Positions 1 to 10,397 are shown, counted from the stretch's first letter. The stretch: 64,000 nucleotides of DNA from Bacteriovoracaceae bacterium (GCA_965217035.1 OZ244226.1:2648146-2712145); one strand, 5' to 3'. Translations and numbers: made by a program. The notes: generated by a model from the sequence alone, not told the origin.

Positions 1-294
1 CATGGGAGCAAAAAATTGCTGTGTGAGGAATTTCCAAACTTTTTTCTGTTCTAGCTCTGATAAATGATTAAAGGTTTCTGGGGTGGAGAGAAATTCATCG
101 AGATCTTTATTGAACTTTTTAAGGTTCTTGAAGCTAAGTTTTACATTTTTTCCTTCTCGATAAATCTCATAGGATCTTAGAATTTCATCCTGAGATTTTA
201 GAACTTCATCAATTGTTCGTGTGACATCTGGACAATGGCCTGCCTCGAGGTTGAGTGTGATCAATCCAATTAATGAAAGCACAAGAATTCGCAT
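1..294 (-). CDS. Hypothetical secreted protein, truncated by window edge
   Basis: Manual translation MRILVLSLIGLITLNLEAGHCPDV... stays open to position 1 and begins with a signal-peptide-like segment; not in the ORF track. Confidence 0.7.
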   Translation of the reverse strand, partial: MRILVLSLIGLITLNLEAGHCPDVTRTIDEVLKSQDEILRSYEIYREGKNVKLSFKNLKKFNKDLDEFLSTPETFNHLSELEQKKVWKFLTQQFFAPM

Positions 295-389
295 CACATT
301 TCTTATCGGGATCTTAGAATTTGAAACGACTTTATATTGTAAAGAGGTGAGTCTTGCCGATTAGGAGAGCAAATAAATCAGGTTTGAGG

Positions 390-722
390 TTATCCTCCAA
401 TTTTTTTAACCTTCAATCGCCTAGAAGAGAGCAGATCAAGTACCTCTTGGGCCTTCTCCCCATGAATTTCAATAAAATCGTTTTTGTAGGCCCCACCAAC
501 TCCAAGAGATTTTTTTAGGTCTTTGGCGAGTTTTTTATTCCAAGACTTATTATCAGGGAGTCCAGTAACTTCGATAATAGTTCTGCCTTTCCCGCTTGTA
601 AGCCTACGAATATACAACTCAATCTCGTTCTCATTAACTTCGGACTCTAATGTACTTGACTTAGACTTTCGTAGGTCACCTTGTTCGGATGAGTAAACTA
701 ATTTTGATTCATCGTCTTTCAT
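390..722 (-). CDS. yciH: SUI1/eIF1-family translation initiation factor
   Basis: LVYSSE N-terminus, GKGRTI...GLP, LAKDLKKSLGVGG, IEIHG, C-terminal KKIGG. Confidence 0.9.
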   Translation of the reverse strand: MKDDESKLVYSSEQGDLRKSKSSTLESEVNENEIELYIRRLTSGKGRTIIEVTGLPDNKSWNKKLAKDLKKSLGVGGAYKNDFIEIHGEKAQEVLDLLSSRRLKVKKIGG

Positions 723-761
723 GCTTTATCCTCGTATCCAAACTAACGAAAGGAGGAGCAT

Positions 762-1115
762 ATGTCTCTGAAATTTTATGAATATAAAAACTGTAGTACC
801 TGTAAAAAAGCTCAGAAATGGCTTGAAGCTCAAGGAGTTGATTTCAAAGTCATTCCCATTCGAGAAACTCCTCCAACCAAAACTGAACTTAAGCAAATGT
901 TAAAACATATGGATGGAGATCTAAAGAAACTCTTTAATACTTCAGGGCAAGATTACCGCGCCATGAACATGAAAGAGAAATTTCCCAAACTAACTGAAGC
1001 GAAGGCCTTTGATCTTCTTGCCAAAAATGGAAATTTAGTAAAACGACCATTTCTAATTGGAAAGGGATTAGGGACTGTTGGCTTCAAAGAAGATGTGTAT
1101 AAAAGTCTGTTATAA
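762..1115 (+). CDS. ArsC/Spx/MgsR family protein
   Basis: CSTCKKA, LFNTSG and LVKRP motifs; GGAGG RBS. Confidence 0.9.
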   Translation: MSLKFYEYKNCSTCKKAQKWLEAQGVDFKVIPIRETPPTKTELKQMLKHMDGDLKKLFNTSGQDYRAMNMKEKFPKLTEAKAFDLLAKNGNLVKRPFLIGKGLGTVGFKEDVYKSLL

Positions 1116-1179
1116 TAATGAGTTAGATCACCTTCTACACAGGTAGTCGAATGCTACGATATGTGGTAATTTTAACAGT

Positions 1180-2151
1180 ATGACAGCAACTAATCTCTTT
1201 CTTTATTTATTCCTCCTATTTTGTGTAGGTTCAATGGTTTATGTCTATCTTTATAGAGGTCAAGCCCGTTATGCTAATCTTACTGAATATCTTCGAAAAG
1301 GTTGGTGTGTTTTTGCTCCGTTAAATTGCTCGCTTTATCTCTTTACTCAGAAAAGGGCCAAGCCACCGATTATGAAAGTCGAAGACTTTCCTGAACTTGA
1401 TGTGATTAAAGAAAATTGGGAAACTATTCGTGATGAAGCGATTGCTTTAAGAGAGAAAGGGTATTTCGATCAGACAACTAAGCCTGGTTCCAGCGCTTCT
1501 TATGATATTGGTTTCAGAACTTTTTTTAAGTATGGATGGAGTAAGTTTTATATTAACTGGTATGGGTATACTCATAAGTCGGCGCAAGAGCTTTGTCCGA
1601 AATCGGCTGAGATTTTATCGAAAGTTTCTTCTGTGAATGGCGCGATGTTTTCTCTCCTTCCTGCAGGATCGCAACTGACAAGGCATTTAGATCCAATTGC
1701 AAGTTCGCTTCGTTATCATCTCGCTCTCGATACTCCGAATACCGATGATTGTTTTATCAATGTTGATGGGAATATGCAGTCTTGGCGTGATGGTGAGGGA
1801 TTTCTTTTTGACGAAACATTTCTTCATTTTGCAAAAAATAATACTGAAAAAGATCGCTTGATCTTAATGTGTGATGTTGACCGGCCTTTAAAAGGGCCAG
1901 GCAAAATTTTTAATTCATTCTTTAAATTTCTTCTGAGTTTCTCTGTTGTCCCCAATGTTGAAGGAGATAAGGAAGGACTTGTGAATTCGATCTTTTCAGC
2001 AGTGACTCCTACTATTGCTCGAGTTCGAGAATTGAAGAAGACAAGCCCTCTTCTTTATAAAGTTGTGAAGTATACTGTGAATGCACTCTTATTTCTTTTA
2101 TCACTTTTCATTGTTTGGTCAGTTTTTAAACTGATCGCAATACTTTTCTAA
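1180..2151 (+). CDS. lpxO: Aspartyl/asparaginyl beta-hydroxylase family, LpxO-like lipid A hydroxylase
   Basis: N- and C-terminal TM helices, GWSKFYINWY, HLDP, LRYHL, FDETFLH, RLILMCD. Confidence 0.8.
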   Translation: MTATNLFLYLFLLFCVGSMVYVYLYRGQARYANLTEYLRKGWCVFAPLNCSLYLFTQKRAKPPIMKVEDFPELDVIKENWETIRDEAIALREKGYFDQTTKPGSSASYDIGFRTFFKYGWSKFYINWYGYTHKSAQELCPKSAEILSKVSSVNGAMFSLLPAGSQLTRHLDPIASSLRYHLALDTPNTDDCFINVDGNMQSWRDGEGFLFDETFLHFAKNNTEKDRLILMCDVDRPLKGPGKIFNSFFKFLLSFSVVPNVEGDKEGLVNSIFSAVTPTIARVRELKKTSPLLYKVVKYTVNALLFLLSLFIVWSVFKLIAILF

Positions 2152-2160
2152 GGATTTTTC

Positions 2161-2583
2161 ATGGCCGAACTTAAAGATCAAATCAGTAAAGATATTATTG
2201 CTGCAATGAAGGCAAAAGAGAAAATCCGTCTCAATGCACTTAGGTTTGTAAAAAAGCTTTTGATTGAAAATGATACATCTGGAAATCCGAAACCAGAACT
2301 TGATATTGTGATTGCTCATGCAAAGAAAATTAAAGATTCACTTACAATGTTTCCAGAGGGAAGTCCTCAAATCGTTGATATCAATGAAGAGCTTACGGTT
2401 TTAGCTGAGTATCTTCCGCAACCAATGGAAGAAACAGAAGTGATAAAGATTATTAAAAGTATTGTCGATGGTCTTGATGCACCTAATATGGGAGCGGTGA
2501 TGAAGGAATTATCTCCACAAATCAAAGGGAAATTCGATGGAAAAAGAGCATCACAGTTGGTGGTCGAAGCTCTAAAAACCTAA
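2161..2583 (+). CDS. GatB/YqeY domain protein
   Basis: AAMKAKEK.RL, EYLP, MGAVMK, GKFDGK. Confidence 0.9.
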   Translation: MAELKDQISKDIIAAMKAKEKIRLNALRFVKKLLIENDTSGNPKPELDIVIAHAKKIKDSLTMFPEGSPQIVDINEELTVLAEYLPQPMEETEVIKIIKSIVDGLDAPNMGAVMKELSPQIKGKFDGKRASQLVVEALKT

Positions 2584-2708
2584 GTCATTTATTCAGTTTC
2601 TTTATATGTTTTTAGCATGCTAACCTCATTTAATGAGGAAGGTTTCAATCGTAATGGCCTTGATAAAGAGGGGCTTGATCGAGATGAATTTTAGTCTAAG
2701 ATTATAAT

Positions 2709-3158
2709 TTAATCACAGATAAGAGGAATGTCTTTGTGATTGGGAAGAACTAAGAAGTTTACTAAGATCTCTCTTTTTTTATTTAACATAGCAATTAATC
2801 TTAAACCTTCAGGACTTACTTGAGCAAATCGATAGTAAGCAACATCAGAGGGATTGATTTCTGCTTTTTTCATTACATACTTTTCTTGCCAAGGAACAAA
2901 TTCATAAATAAATTTTTCAGGAAGAGGAGTTGTAAATTCATCGAATGTCATTTGATAAGTGAGCTTTATCTTTCTTTCAGCTCTGCTTGAGGTCCGATCT
3001 ATTAGGTACTGTTCAGTAATACCATTGAGGTGCATATCACTATGAACCTCATAAAAGGTTTTTCCCTCAATATTACAATAAAGAAGTGGATCTCTTGAAG
3101 CACTAACGTTTATCGAGAGAATCATTAAAAAAAAGATAAATAGATTCAATAGTTTCAT
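2709..3158 (-). CDS. Hypothetical secreted protein
   Basis: ORF track starts at 3239; the ATG at 3158 gives a signal peptide (MKLLNLFIFFLMILSINVSA). Confidence 0.6.
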   Translation of the reverse strand: MKLLNLFIFFLMILSINVSASRDPLLYCNIEGKTFYEVHSDMHLNGITEQYLIDRTSSRAERKIKLTYQMTFDEFTTPLPEKFIYEFVPWQEKYVMKKAEINPSDVAYYRFAQVSPEGLRLIAMLNKKREILVNFLVLPNHKDIPLICD

Positions 3159-3238
3159 TAATAAGGCTATTATAAGAGGATTAATGAAACAGAGATGAGA
3201 CTCTGAAATAATAACAATAGATGTCTTAAAGATAGACA

Positions 3239-4054
3239 TTAAGAGTTTTCATAAAACCACCAAATAAATCCAATTCCAACGCTATAACTTTTTTTTTCAA
3301 CGAAAAGCGGTGAACTTTTGTTCGCGTTGTCTGAAGCATTATGAAAAGCATATCCGGCAAATAGTGAATAATTATCCCAAAGATAGTTCATTCCAATTGT
3401 TGCTGTTGTTAACATATAACCGGAATCTGCATCGTAAGCAGGTCTATTACTAGTCGCAAATTTGGGTTCTACGGTATAGAGATAATTATGAAGTCTTTGA
3501 GTTGCCCAAGTTCCTGAAAAACTCATAATGGTTGCGAAGCGATCTGTTATTTTATAAAAGCTATAGAAAAGCGGGTTAAAAAGAAACCCTCTCCCATAAG
3601 TATCATTCAAATCAGTTGATATAGCGTACCGAATAGGCAGATTGAGTGAGATTCGATAGCGTTTTCTTGATTTTTTAGGGACAAAGTGAATAATGAGTCC
3701 AGGACCAAACTCTAAAATAGTATCAAGTTTAGGCATTCCTGCTCTCTCATCATTATCATCTGAACCAACAGGTAAAGATCCACCAAGAGATAAGTTCAGT
3801 TCAAAATGCTCACTATGGAAAAAACGACCTCTAAAGCCACCATCCTCATCGGCCCTGATCTTATCACCACGATAAATGAATGCAGGAACAGGAATTGTAA
3901 GCCTAATGTGCTCGTCTGATCCAGGGTAATGAGGCGTTGTCGCTGTGACAAGACCAGCTCCTAGCTCAATCTTTGGAGGATTGTCTTCAAGATTGAAGTA
4001 ATTTTGCCCCCAGCTCAAAGTAGGAAGGAATAGGAGCATTATATAAACTTTCAT
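3239..4054 (-). CDS. MipA/OmpV family outer membrane protein
   Basis: P.YPGSD, IYRG, RAGMPKL, ANKSSPL, aromatic C-terminus; likely start at 4054. Confidence 0.85.
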   Translation of the reverse strand: MKVYIMLLFLPTLSWGQNYFNLEDNPPKIELGAGLVTATTPHYPGSDEHIRLTIPVPAFIYRGDKIRADEDGGFRGRFFHSEHFELNLSLGGSLPVGSDDNDERAGMPKLDTILEFGPGLIIHFVPKKSRKRYRISLNLPIRYAISTDLNDTYGRGFLFNPLFYSFYKITDRFATIMSFSGTWATQRLHNYLYTVEPKFATSNRPAYDADSGYMLTTATIGMNYLWDNYSLFAGYAFHNASDNANKSSPLFVEKKSYSVGIGFIWWFYENS

Positions 4055-4098
4055 AGACTCATTATGACGGTGACTGAAAAGAATGTTAAGATGCACGC

Positions 4099-4593
4099 AT
4101 GTTTTTTTGGTTCACATTTGTTTTGATCTTTATGCCTGCTTTTGAACTGTATCTACTTTTTAAAATTGGAGGACAGATCGGAGCTGGAAATACTTTTCTT
4201 GTGATTTTGTTTACAGGTTTTCTGGGAGCTTTCCTTGCTCGTATCAATGGACTTTCCGTTCTTGCGAATATTCAAAAAGAGCTACAGGAAGGAAAAATGC
4301 CAGGTAAGCAAATCATTCATGCTTTTTTAGTTTTTGGAGGAGGCCTTCTCTTGTTAACCCCAGGCTTTGTTACAGATGCACTTGGTTTTAGTATGGTTTT
4401 ACCAGTGACTCGATTCTTCTATGTTAGTTTGGCGAAAAGATGGTTTGAAAAAGGTATTCAGTCTGGAAATGTTCAATTTTATAGTTTCGGTGGCGGCCAA
4501 GGTTTTCGTAGCGGATCTTTTGGTCAAGAAAGAAGCCGTTCTGGTAAAGTCGATTCAGTTGTTGAAGCCGAATACACTAAAAAAGAGTATTAA
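4099..4593 (+). CDS. fxsA: FxsA family membrane protein
   Basis: PAFELYL, GGLLLLTPGFVTD, C-terminal VVEAEY. Confidence 0.9.
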   Translation: MFFWFTFVLIFMPAFELYLLFKIGGQIGAGNTFLVILFTGFLGAFLARINGLSVLANIQKELQEGKMPGKQIIHAFLVFGGGLLLLTPGFVTDALGFSMVLPVTRFFYVSLAKRWFEKGIQSGNVQFYSFGGGQGFRSGSFGQERSRSGKVDSVVEAEYTKKEY

Positions 4594-5326
4594 ACTTTAA
4601 ACCAAATGAAGTGGTCTCATTTTCTGGCTCAACAAAAAGGCTAGGGACTCCTCCGTTCACATCTGGGACAGTTGCTTGCTTTCTTTCTGAGTCCTCGACA
4701 TTCCAAGTTCTGTAAAAAATACTTATACTTTGATTTCCCATGAGATATTCCCATTCAATATGGATTCCTGATCCTTCATCTTGATCAAGTGAAAGATCAC
4801 GATTTCCACCTACATCTGTGAGAAATGTTTTGTTTTTCCCTTGAAAACCAGAGTGATAGAGAATCGTTAGGATACTATCACTTAAACCAAAACGGAGTCC
4901 TATCGGAAAAGTAAGATATTCTTGGTCTCGTTGATAATCACCTGTATTTTCATCGTCCTCGTCTCTTAAAAAACGAAAATAGATACCAATGAGTGGTTGA
5001 ACTAATGAGCTGATATTAGCTTGGAAAAGTGAATGAGTGCTGAAAATGGTATTCGTTTGATCGGCAGTTACAGGGATGGCGCCTTCCAAGGTTTCTCCAT
5101 CGTATTCTGTTTGACCAAGAAGTAATTCGACTCCGTAAATCCAGTTGAAGAAAGAGTTTATCTCTGTTTGGTAACGATAATGTATGCCAAAAAGAAAACC
5201 CGAATCCTTAATCCTTGGTTCTGTATATTTCCAGCTATCGACAACAATACCGAGTTGATGCTCACTATCTCCATATTGAGAATAAGCAGAGAAAGAGAAA
5301 ATCAGTGAGAAAAGAAGTACCTTCAT
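4577..5326 (-). CDS. Outer membrane beta-barrel protein
   Basis: Signal peptide, YTEP, YDG, EPENET motifs, alternating beta-strand pattern, C-terminal Phe. Confidence 0.7.
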   Translation of the reverse strand: MKVLLFSLIFSFSAYSQYGDSEHQLGIVVDSWKYTEPRIKDSGFLFGIHYRYQTEINSFFNWIYGVELLLGQTEYDGETLEGAIPVTADQTNTIFSTHSLFQANISSLVQPLIGIYFRFLRDEDDENTGDYQRDQEYLTFPIGLRFGLSDSILTILYHSGFQGKNKTFLTDVGGNRDLSLDQDEGSGIHIEWEYLMGNQSISIFYRTWNVEDSERKQATVPDVNGGVPSLFVEPENETTSFGLKFNTLF

Positions 5327-5454
5327 AGCTCTATCCTAACGAGAAGCCGTTAGAGCTGTCTAGTTTATTGACAGGGCCATAAAGAATACCGAGTTTACCG
5401 CATCCGACTCAAAGATTTTCTATAATAAAGGGAATTAATAAATATGAGGTATTT

Positions 5455-6537
5455 ATGCGTTTTCAAAAGAATTTTCTTGTCCTTGTTTTAGTCAGTGGAT
5501 TGATATCATGTAGCAAGCTTAAAGATGTCAGTGATAATGCTAAAAAGGCTACTGAAAATAGTGGAAGAGCAGCTGATGCAGCACAGGCTTCTCGTGAGGA
5601 GATTGCAAATGGTCGGCTTATGTCTCGGTCAGGATCTGCTAGTACTTCTAGAAGGGAAGCTCTCAAAGCGCTAAAAGAATGGGACTCATTTGAAATGAAA
5701 GTTACAGAAGGATCAAAATTCGTTAAAGCTCTTGAATTTCAAACTTGGACGGGACAGAAATATGACGATCCAGAATATCTTGAAAGTTTAAGAGTTGATG
5801 GGCTTAGAGAGTTCTTCAGAGCAACTTATGAGTTGAATAACGAAAGAGAAATTACAATTGATCAACTTTCACCAATTCAAATTTGGGGAAAGCAAAAAAA
5901 GAGAACTTCAAATGTTCTTGCCTTAGCAATTGCAATGCATGGAATTCATAATTATCAGGAGCATGTTTCTTCTGAAAAAAGTAAAGAGCTTGATACTGCG
6001 ATTTCTCTTTATGAACTTCTTAAGAGATCACTCAGAGAAGTAAGAAAAGTTGAAATTGGCGATCTTGGTTATGATGACCTTAAGCCACATCAGCAGATTG
6101 TTTATGAATATAAAAATGTTGCAATTGCAATCATTCAGGCAAGAATGAATATGTTTTTAACAATGAATCTTGCAAAAACAACAGATCTTTTAACGAAATC
6201 GGTCACTGTTGGAATCGAAAAGATTCTTAATGTTAATTTTAAAAGGTCTAAGTTAAAGTTCCATTTTCTTGATCAACACCTAGGAGAGCAAAATAAAGCA
6301 AATAAGTATGTTGATGGTGCAAGAAAAGTAAAATTTTTCCTTGATGAGATTGGTGAGGATTCAACGCTTCTTTATGATGTAAGAAGACTTTATGCAAAAA
6401 TAGAGCTTCCAAATCTTCAAGATCCAACTAATATTCCTTATGACAATAGTGAGGAAGAGAAAGAATTTCTTGAGTACTTAAAAGGTCTTGATAATTTCTT
6501 TGATAGATCCTCAGGAAGATTCGAAGACAAAAATTAA
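5455..6537 (+). CDS. Hypothetical lipoprotein
   Basis: Lipobox LISC; long helical ORF with GAGG RBS. Confidence 0.7.
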   Translation: MRFQKNFLVLVLVSGLISCSKLKDVSDNAKKATENSGRAADAAQASREEIANGRLMSRSGSASTSRREALKALKEWDSFEMKVTEGSKFVKALEFQTWTGQKYDDPEYLESLRVDGLREFFRATYELNNEREITIDQLSPIQIWGKQKKRTSNVLALAIAMHGIHNYQEHVSSEKSKELDTAISLYELLKRSLREVRKVEIGDLGYDDLKPHQQIVYEYKNVAIAIIQARMNMFLTMNLAKTTDLLTKSVTVGIEKILNVNFKRSKLKFHFLDQHLGEQNKANKYVDGARKVKFFLDEIGEDSTLLYDVRRLYAKIELPNLQDPTNIPYDNSEEEKEFLEYLKGLDNFFDRSSGRFEDKN

Positions 6538-7829
6538 TTTAATATTCTACTTTTGCGAAAATAAAAAACCTGATAAAGGCTTCGTAAGAGTAGAAATCCC
6601 ATAAATAAATTCCATAAAACATTAAGATCCATTAAACCAAATCCTGAGTCAATAATCAGGAATCCAAGGAAAAAACAAACCGTTGACCAGGACATAGAAA
6701 GCCTCATCGCCTTCGAAAGAGTAAGACCAATATAAATTCCATCCCAAATGAAACAACTATAGGCAAGTAAGGGCATGAGAATACAAGTCAATTGATAATG
6801 AGAGGCTAGTTGAAGAACTTCAGGAGTGTCAGTGAAAAGAGAAAAAAGAGTAGAGAAACCAGCTCCATAAGTAATCGAATAAAGAATTGCTACAAGAGTT
6901 GAGTGGATGAATGAATAGCGAATTGCTTGCTTCAGCTTAATAGAGTTTTCACTTCCATGATACTTTCCAGTCAAACTTTCAGAGGCAAATGCAAAACCAT
7001 CAATTCCATAAGACATCCATACAAAAAATTGCATGAGAACGACGTGAACAGCTAAGTTCATTTCTCCAAAACGTGAAGCCTGGGAGGTTAGAAAAGCAAT
7101 GACTGTTGTAAGAGCGATCGTGCGAATGAAAATATCTTTATTGATTCTTAAGAGGGATAGAATCTTATCTTTTTTAAAGAGGGATTTTTTATCCCAAAAA
7201 ATCCTTTCAGAATATTTTATTTTAATGAAAAGAATGGCAAACAGGACTCCACTGTATTGAGCAATGACGGTTCCCCAGGCAACTCCTTCGATATTCCAAC
7301 CTAACTCACGAACAAAATAAGAACTTAATAAAATATTTACTAGATTTACGATGATCGTGACATAAAGTGGGTAAAGAGCATTTTGAAGACCAAAAAACCA
7401 TCCCATAAAGCAATAGAGAGAAAGCGAAGCAGGAGTAGCCAAAATTCGTATCGAGAAATAATTTTCAACATATTCTAGTTGATTGGGCTGGACTTCCATT
7501 ATGTGAATTCCAACTTTAAGTAAAAGAGGAGACGAAATAATCAGTACAACTGAGATCGAAAGAGCAATGAGAAGACTTCTCCAAAGGATTTGCGTCACTT
7601 CATTATTATCTTCAGACCCAAATGCTTGTGCAGTCATTCCGGTATTGGCCATTCTTAAAAAGCCAAAATTCCAATAAATGAAATTAAAAATCATTGAACC
7701 AATACCAATCGCTCCAAGATAACTTAAAGAAATCTTACCCATGAGCAGTGTATCGACAGAAGAAAGCAGAGGAATAGAGATATTCGATAGAATATTTGGG
7801 ATCGCCAGCCTTAAGATTTCTCTATTCAT
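6534..7829 (-). CDS. dinF: MATE efflux transporter, DinF-like
   Basis: LAIPNILSNISIPLLSSVDT, FGFLRM..TG.TAQAFG, DIFIRT, IDGFA. Confidence 0.85.
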   Translation of the reverse strand: MNREILRLAIPNILSNISIPLLSSVDTLLMGKISLSYLGAIGIGSMIFNFIYWNFGFLRMANTGMTAQAFGSEDNNEVTQILWRSLLIALSISVVLIISSPLLLKVGIHIMEVQPNQLEYVENYFSIRILATPASLSLYCFMGWFFGLQNALYPLYVTIIVNLVNILLSSYFVRELGWNIEGVAWGTVIAQYSGVLFAILFIKIKYSERIFWDKKSLFKKDKILSLLRINKDIFIRTIALTTVIAFLTSQASRFGEMNLAVHVVLMQFFVWMSYGIDGFAFASESLTGKYHGSENSIKLKQAIRYSFIHSTLVAILYSITYGAGFSTLFSLFTDTPEVLQLASHYQLTCILMPLLAYSCFIWDGIYIGLTLSKAMRLSMSWSTVCFFLGFLIIDSGFGLMDLNVLWNLFMGFLLLRSLYQVFYFRKSRILN

Positions 7830-7867
7830 AAGATTATCTTAAGGCCGTTGAGCCCTAAAAAATAGTC

Positions 7868-8269
7868 CTAACAACCACTATTTTTAATAAATTGATTGAT
7901 GGCTTCTTTCGAATTCGTGAGGATGAGACTTTCAACAATTTTTTGTTTTGGTGTTAAGATCGTTATAATTTCGTCCTCGTTTGCTAGGACGTTTTCAAGT
8001 TTTTCAAGTGGAGTTTTAGGAGTCTTAATCTCAAGATTAACTCCTTTTTTTCCTGGAAGAATTTTTAAGACTTGGGTAAGCTCTTTAAATTGGAGTTTCT
8101 TTTCAAAGACTTTGAGCTTATCCGTTTCTATTTGAAAAACTCTACACTCCTTTGACAGTCCGTTGTCTATAACAACCCCAAGAGTTTTTAGAGGAGGAAG
8201 AGTCCCATCTCCCGGATCTGCAAAAACTGAAAATGATAATATTTGAATAAGTAAAATTATTTTTTTCAT
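7868..8269 (-). CDS. Hypothetical secreted protein
   Basis: Signal peptide ending VFA followed by DPGDGTLPP; starts 9 bp after the upstream regulator's stop. Confidence 0.7.
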   Translation of the reverse strand: MKKIILLIQILSFSVFADPGDGTLPPLKTLGVVIDNGLSKECRVFQIETDKLKVFEKKLQFKELTQVLKILPGKKGVNLEIKTPKTPLEKLENVLANEDEIITILTPKQKIVESLILTNSKEAINQFIKNSGC

Positions 8270-8278
8270 ACTATTACC

Positions 8279-9370
8279 TCAATGCTTAGAAAGCTTGTAG
8301 CCATGTGGGTTAGAAAGAATGACTAATGGGCGAGTATCAACCGCTTCAACAATTCGTCTGATTCGTTTGATAAGGTCATAAATTCTTGGATCATGAGTTC
8401 TTTTTTTATAATCTTCATGAGGCCAGAGAGATTTTGCGATCTCAGCCTTTGAAAAGAAAATATTCTGAGTGCTTAAAAGTTCAATAATGGTAAACATCAA
8501 AGGAGAATGACTGAAGTTATAAACTTCTCCCTTAACTAATAGAGTCTTTTTTACAGAATCAATCTGTATATCTTGCGAAACATTGAAATTTGAATCTCCA
8601 AATTTTTTATTAGTCAAAAAAGTTAAAAACTTGGATTCTCCAACTTTTAAACTGAGATTAAGAATCGAGAGAATTCCAGACAGTTTTTTGGGATCTCCCT
8701 TAATCTTTTCAAAACAAGCCAGACCGTATAATGCTCTTTGGGTAAAATAATTCCATGATTTCTTTACACTTAATTCATAGGCTTGCTCGAAATATTTCTT
8801 TGCAATAGCTTCATCTGTTTCAGAATAAAGATATGTATTCGCACAAAGTAGATAATAACTGATTCGACTATCATCCTTTACGAAGTTTTCCATATTAGAA
8901 AGTTCTTTTAAGTAAGGATAAACATTCCGATACTCTTTTAAACTATAATAAGCATTACCAATACCAAGAAGAGCTTTGAATGTGTCTTCATGGTTTTGTG
9001 TTCTTTCTAGAGACTTAGAAAAAATTTGTAAGGCATTGCTAATCTCTCCGTCGAAATACGCAAGTGTTGCTTTTGCATAAAGCATATCGATATTAGGTGT
9101 TCCAACAACTTCTTCAAACGCTTCTTGAATTACTCGATGAGCTGCTTTAATTTCATGAAGCTCATAGAGTGTATGAGACTTCAAGAGTGTCAATTCAAAA
9201 AACTTTTCAGGATAAAAATTCTCGTTGAGAATTTTGTTGATTTTTTGAAGGGTAAGTTGATACTGACACTGATAAAAGCAGTTTCGAATCTCTGCTACAA
9301 CATCATGTTGAAGAAGTTCTGGGGCTTGAATGGGTGACGCATCTGAATTTTTCGTTACTTCAAGGTTCAT
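8279..9370 (-). CDS. TPR-repeat protein with C-terminal OmpR-type winged-helix DNA-binding domain
   Basis: TPR-like repeats (ALLGIGNAYYSL, ALYGLA); C-terminal SKAEIAKSLW...IYDLIKRIR...GYKL. Confidence 0.8.
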   Translation of the reverse strand: MNLEVTKNSDASPIQAPELLQHDVVAEIRNCFYQCQYQLTLQKINKILNENFYPEKFFELTLLKSHTLYELHEIKAAHRVIQEAFEEVVGTPNIDMLYAKATLAYFDGEISNALQIFSKSLERTQNHEDTFKALLGIGNAYYSLKEYRNVYPYLKELSNMENFVKDDSRISYYLLCANTYLYSETDEAIAKKYFEQAYELSVKKSWNYFTQRALYGLACFEKIKGDPKKLSGILSILNLSLKVGESKFLTFLTNKKFGDSNFNVSQDIQIDSVKKTLLVKGEVYNFSHSPLMFTIIELLSTQNIFFSKAEIAKSLWPHEDYKKRTHDPRIYDLIKRIRRIVEAVDTRPLVILSNPHGYKLSKH

Positions 9371-9516
9371 AACTCAATTCCTTATCGTCCAGGCTCTTCT
9401 CTAATATAGGAATTGCTCAAGCTTTGGGCCACTCTTTTTTCCTTACCTAAAATGGAGGCTTTTGACGCCCTAAATGGCATTTTGACACCAATATAAGCGA
9501 AATTAAAGGGTTTTGA

Positions 9517-10275
9517 CTAAATGAAAACTAACTTCAGAGCAAGAACAAAAAGAAGGGTACTAAAAATTCTCTTTCTTAACTCTTCACTGATTTTTGAATT
9601 CAAACGGATGCCTAACAAACTTCCAAAAAAAGCGAAGACAAAAACAGTGAAACCAATGTTTAAATGGACTGCGCCTAACTGTGGATAAGAGTCATCAAAG
9701 TTCATATAACCTATGACGGCCGTAAGTGATCCAAGAAAAATTAAGCAATTAATTGTAGGACTTATTTTATTATGATCGACTATTTTTTTTATAATAAAAG
9801 TAGGTGTTAAGATAAGACCTCCTCCAATCCCAGTTATCCCAGAGAGAAGACCTGTGCAAAAACCAACTCCAGGAAGAAAAAAGATTGAATCTGTTCCTTT
9901 AATCTTAAAGGAAAGAGGATTTTTTCTAATAAGTCTAAAAAACATGATCATCATGATCAAAATCAATAAAGCTTTTATCATTTCTTCATCAACAAGATGA
10001 GAGTTTCGAGCACTTAAATAACTTCCTAAAGAAATAAGAGGGAAGAGGATGAAAACTTGTCTCCAGACCACAAGTCTTTTGAAATGATAAATGATGACGT
10101 TAGAAAGAGTGACGAGTGTTACGGTAAACAAGCTTGTCGCAATCGTTTCACGGAAGGTGATTGCAGCAAGAGAGGGAAGCATTGGAATAATCAGAACTGA
10201 GCCTCCTAAACCTAATAATGAAGAAAGAACTCCGACTAAGAAGCCAAGAATGCCATATTCTAAAGAAAATTCCAT
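9517..10275 (-). CDS. Sulfite exporter TauE/SafE family
   Basis: Duplicated GLGGS / GIGGGLI motifs, about 8 TM helices. Confidence 0.9.
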   Translation of the reverse strand: MEFSLEYGILGFLVGVLSSLLGLGGSVLIIPMLPSLAAITFRETIATSLFTVTLVTLSNVIIYHFKRLVVWRQVFILFPLISLGSYLSARNSHLVDEEMIKALLILIMMIMFFRLIRKNPLSFKIKGTDSIFFLPGVGFCTGLLSGITGIGGGLILTPTFIIKKIVDHNKISPTINCLIFLGSLTAVIGYMNFDDSYPQLGAVHLNIGFTVFVFAFFGSLLGIRLNSKISEELRKRIFSTLLFVLALKLVFI

Positions 10276-10397
10276 TAATCCTAGAGTATCCGAACGTTTC
10301 AGAGATTGAAATTAAATAAAATTTCTTAAATCTTTGCGCTTAGAAGGGAATCAATGTTAGCCTATTTAACAATAAATTATCATAAAGGAGTAAGATA

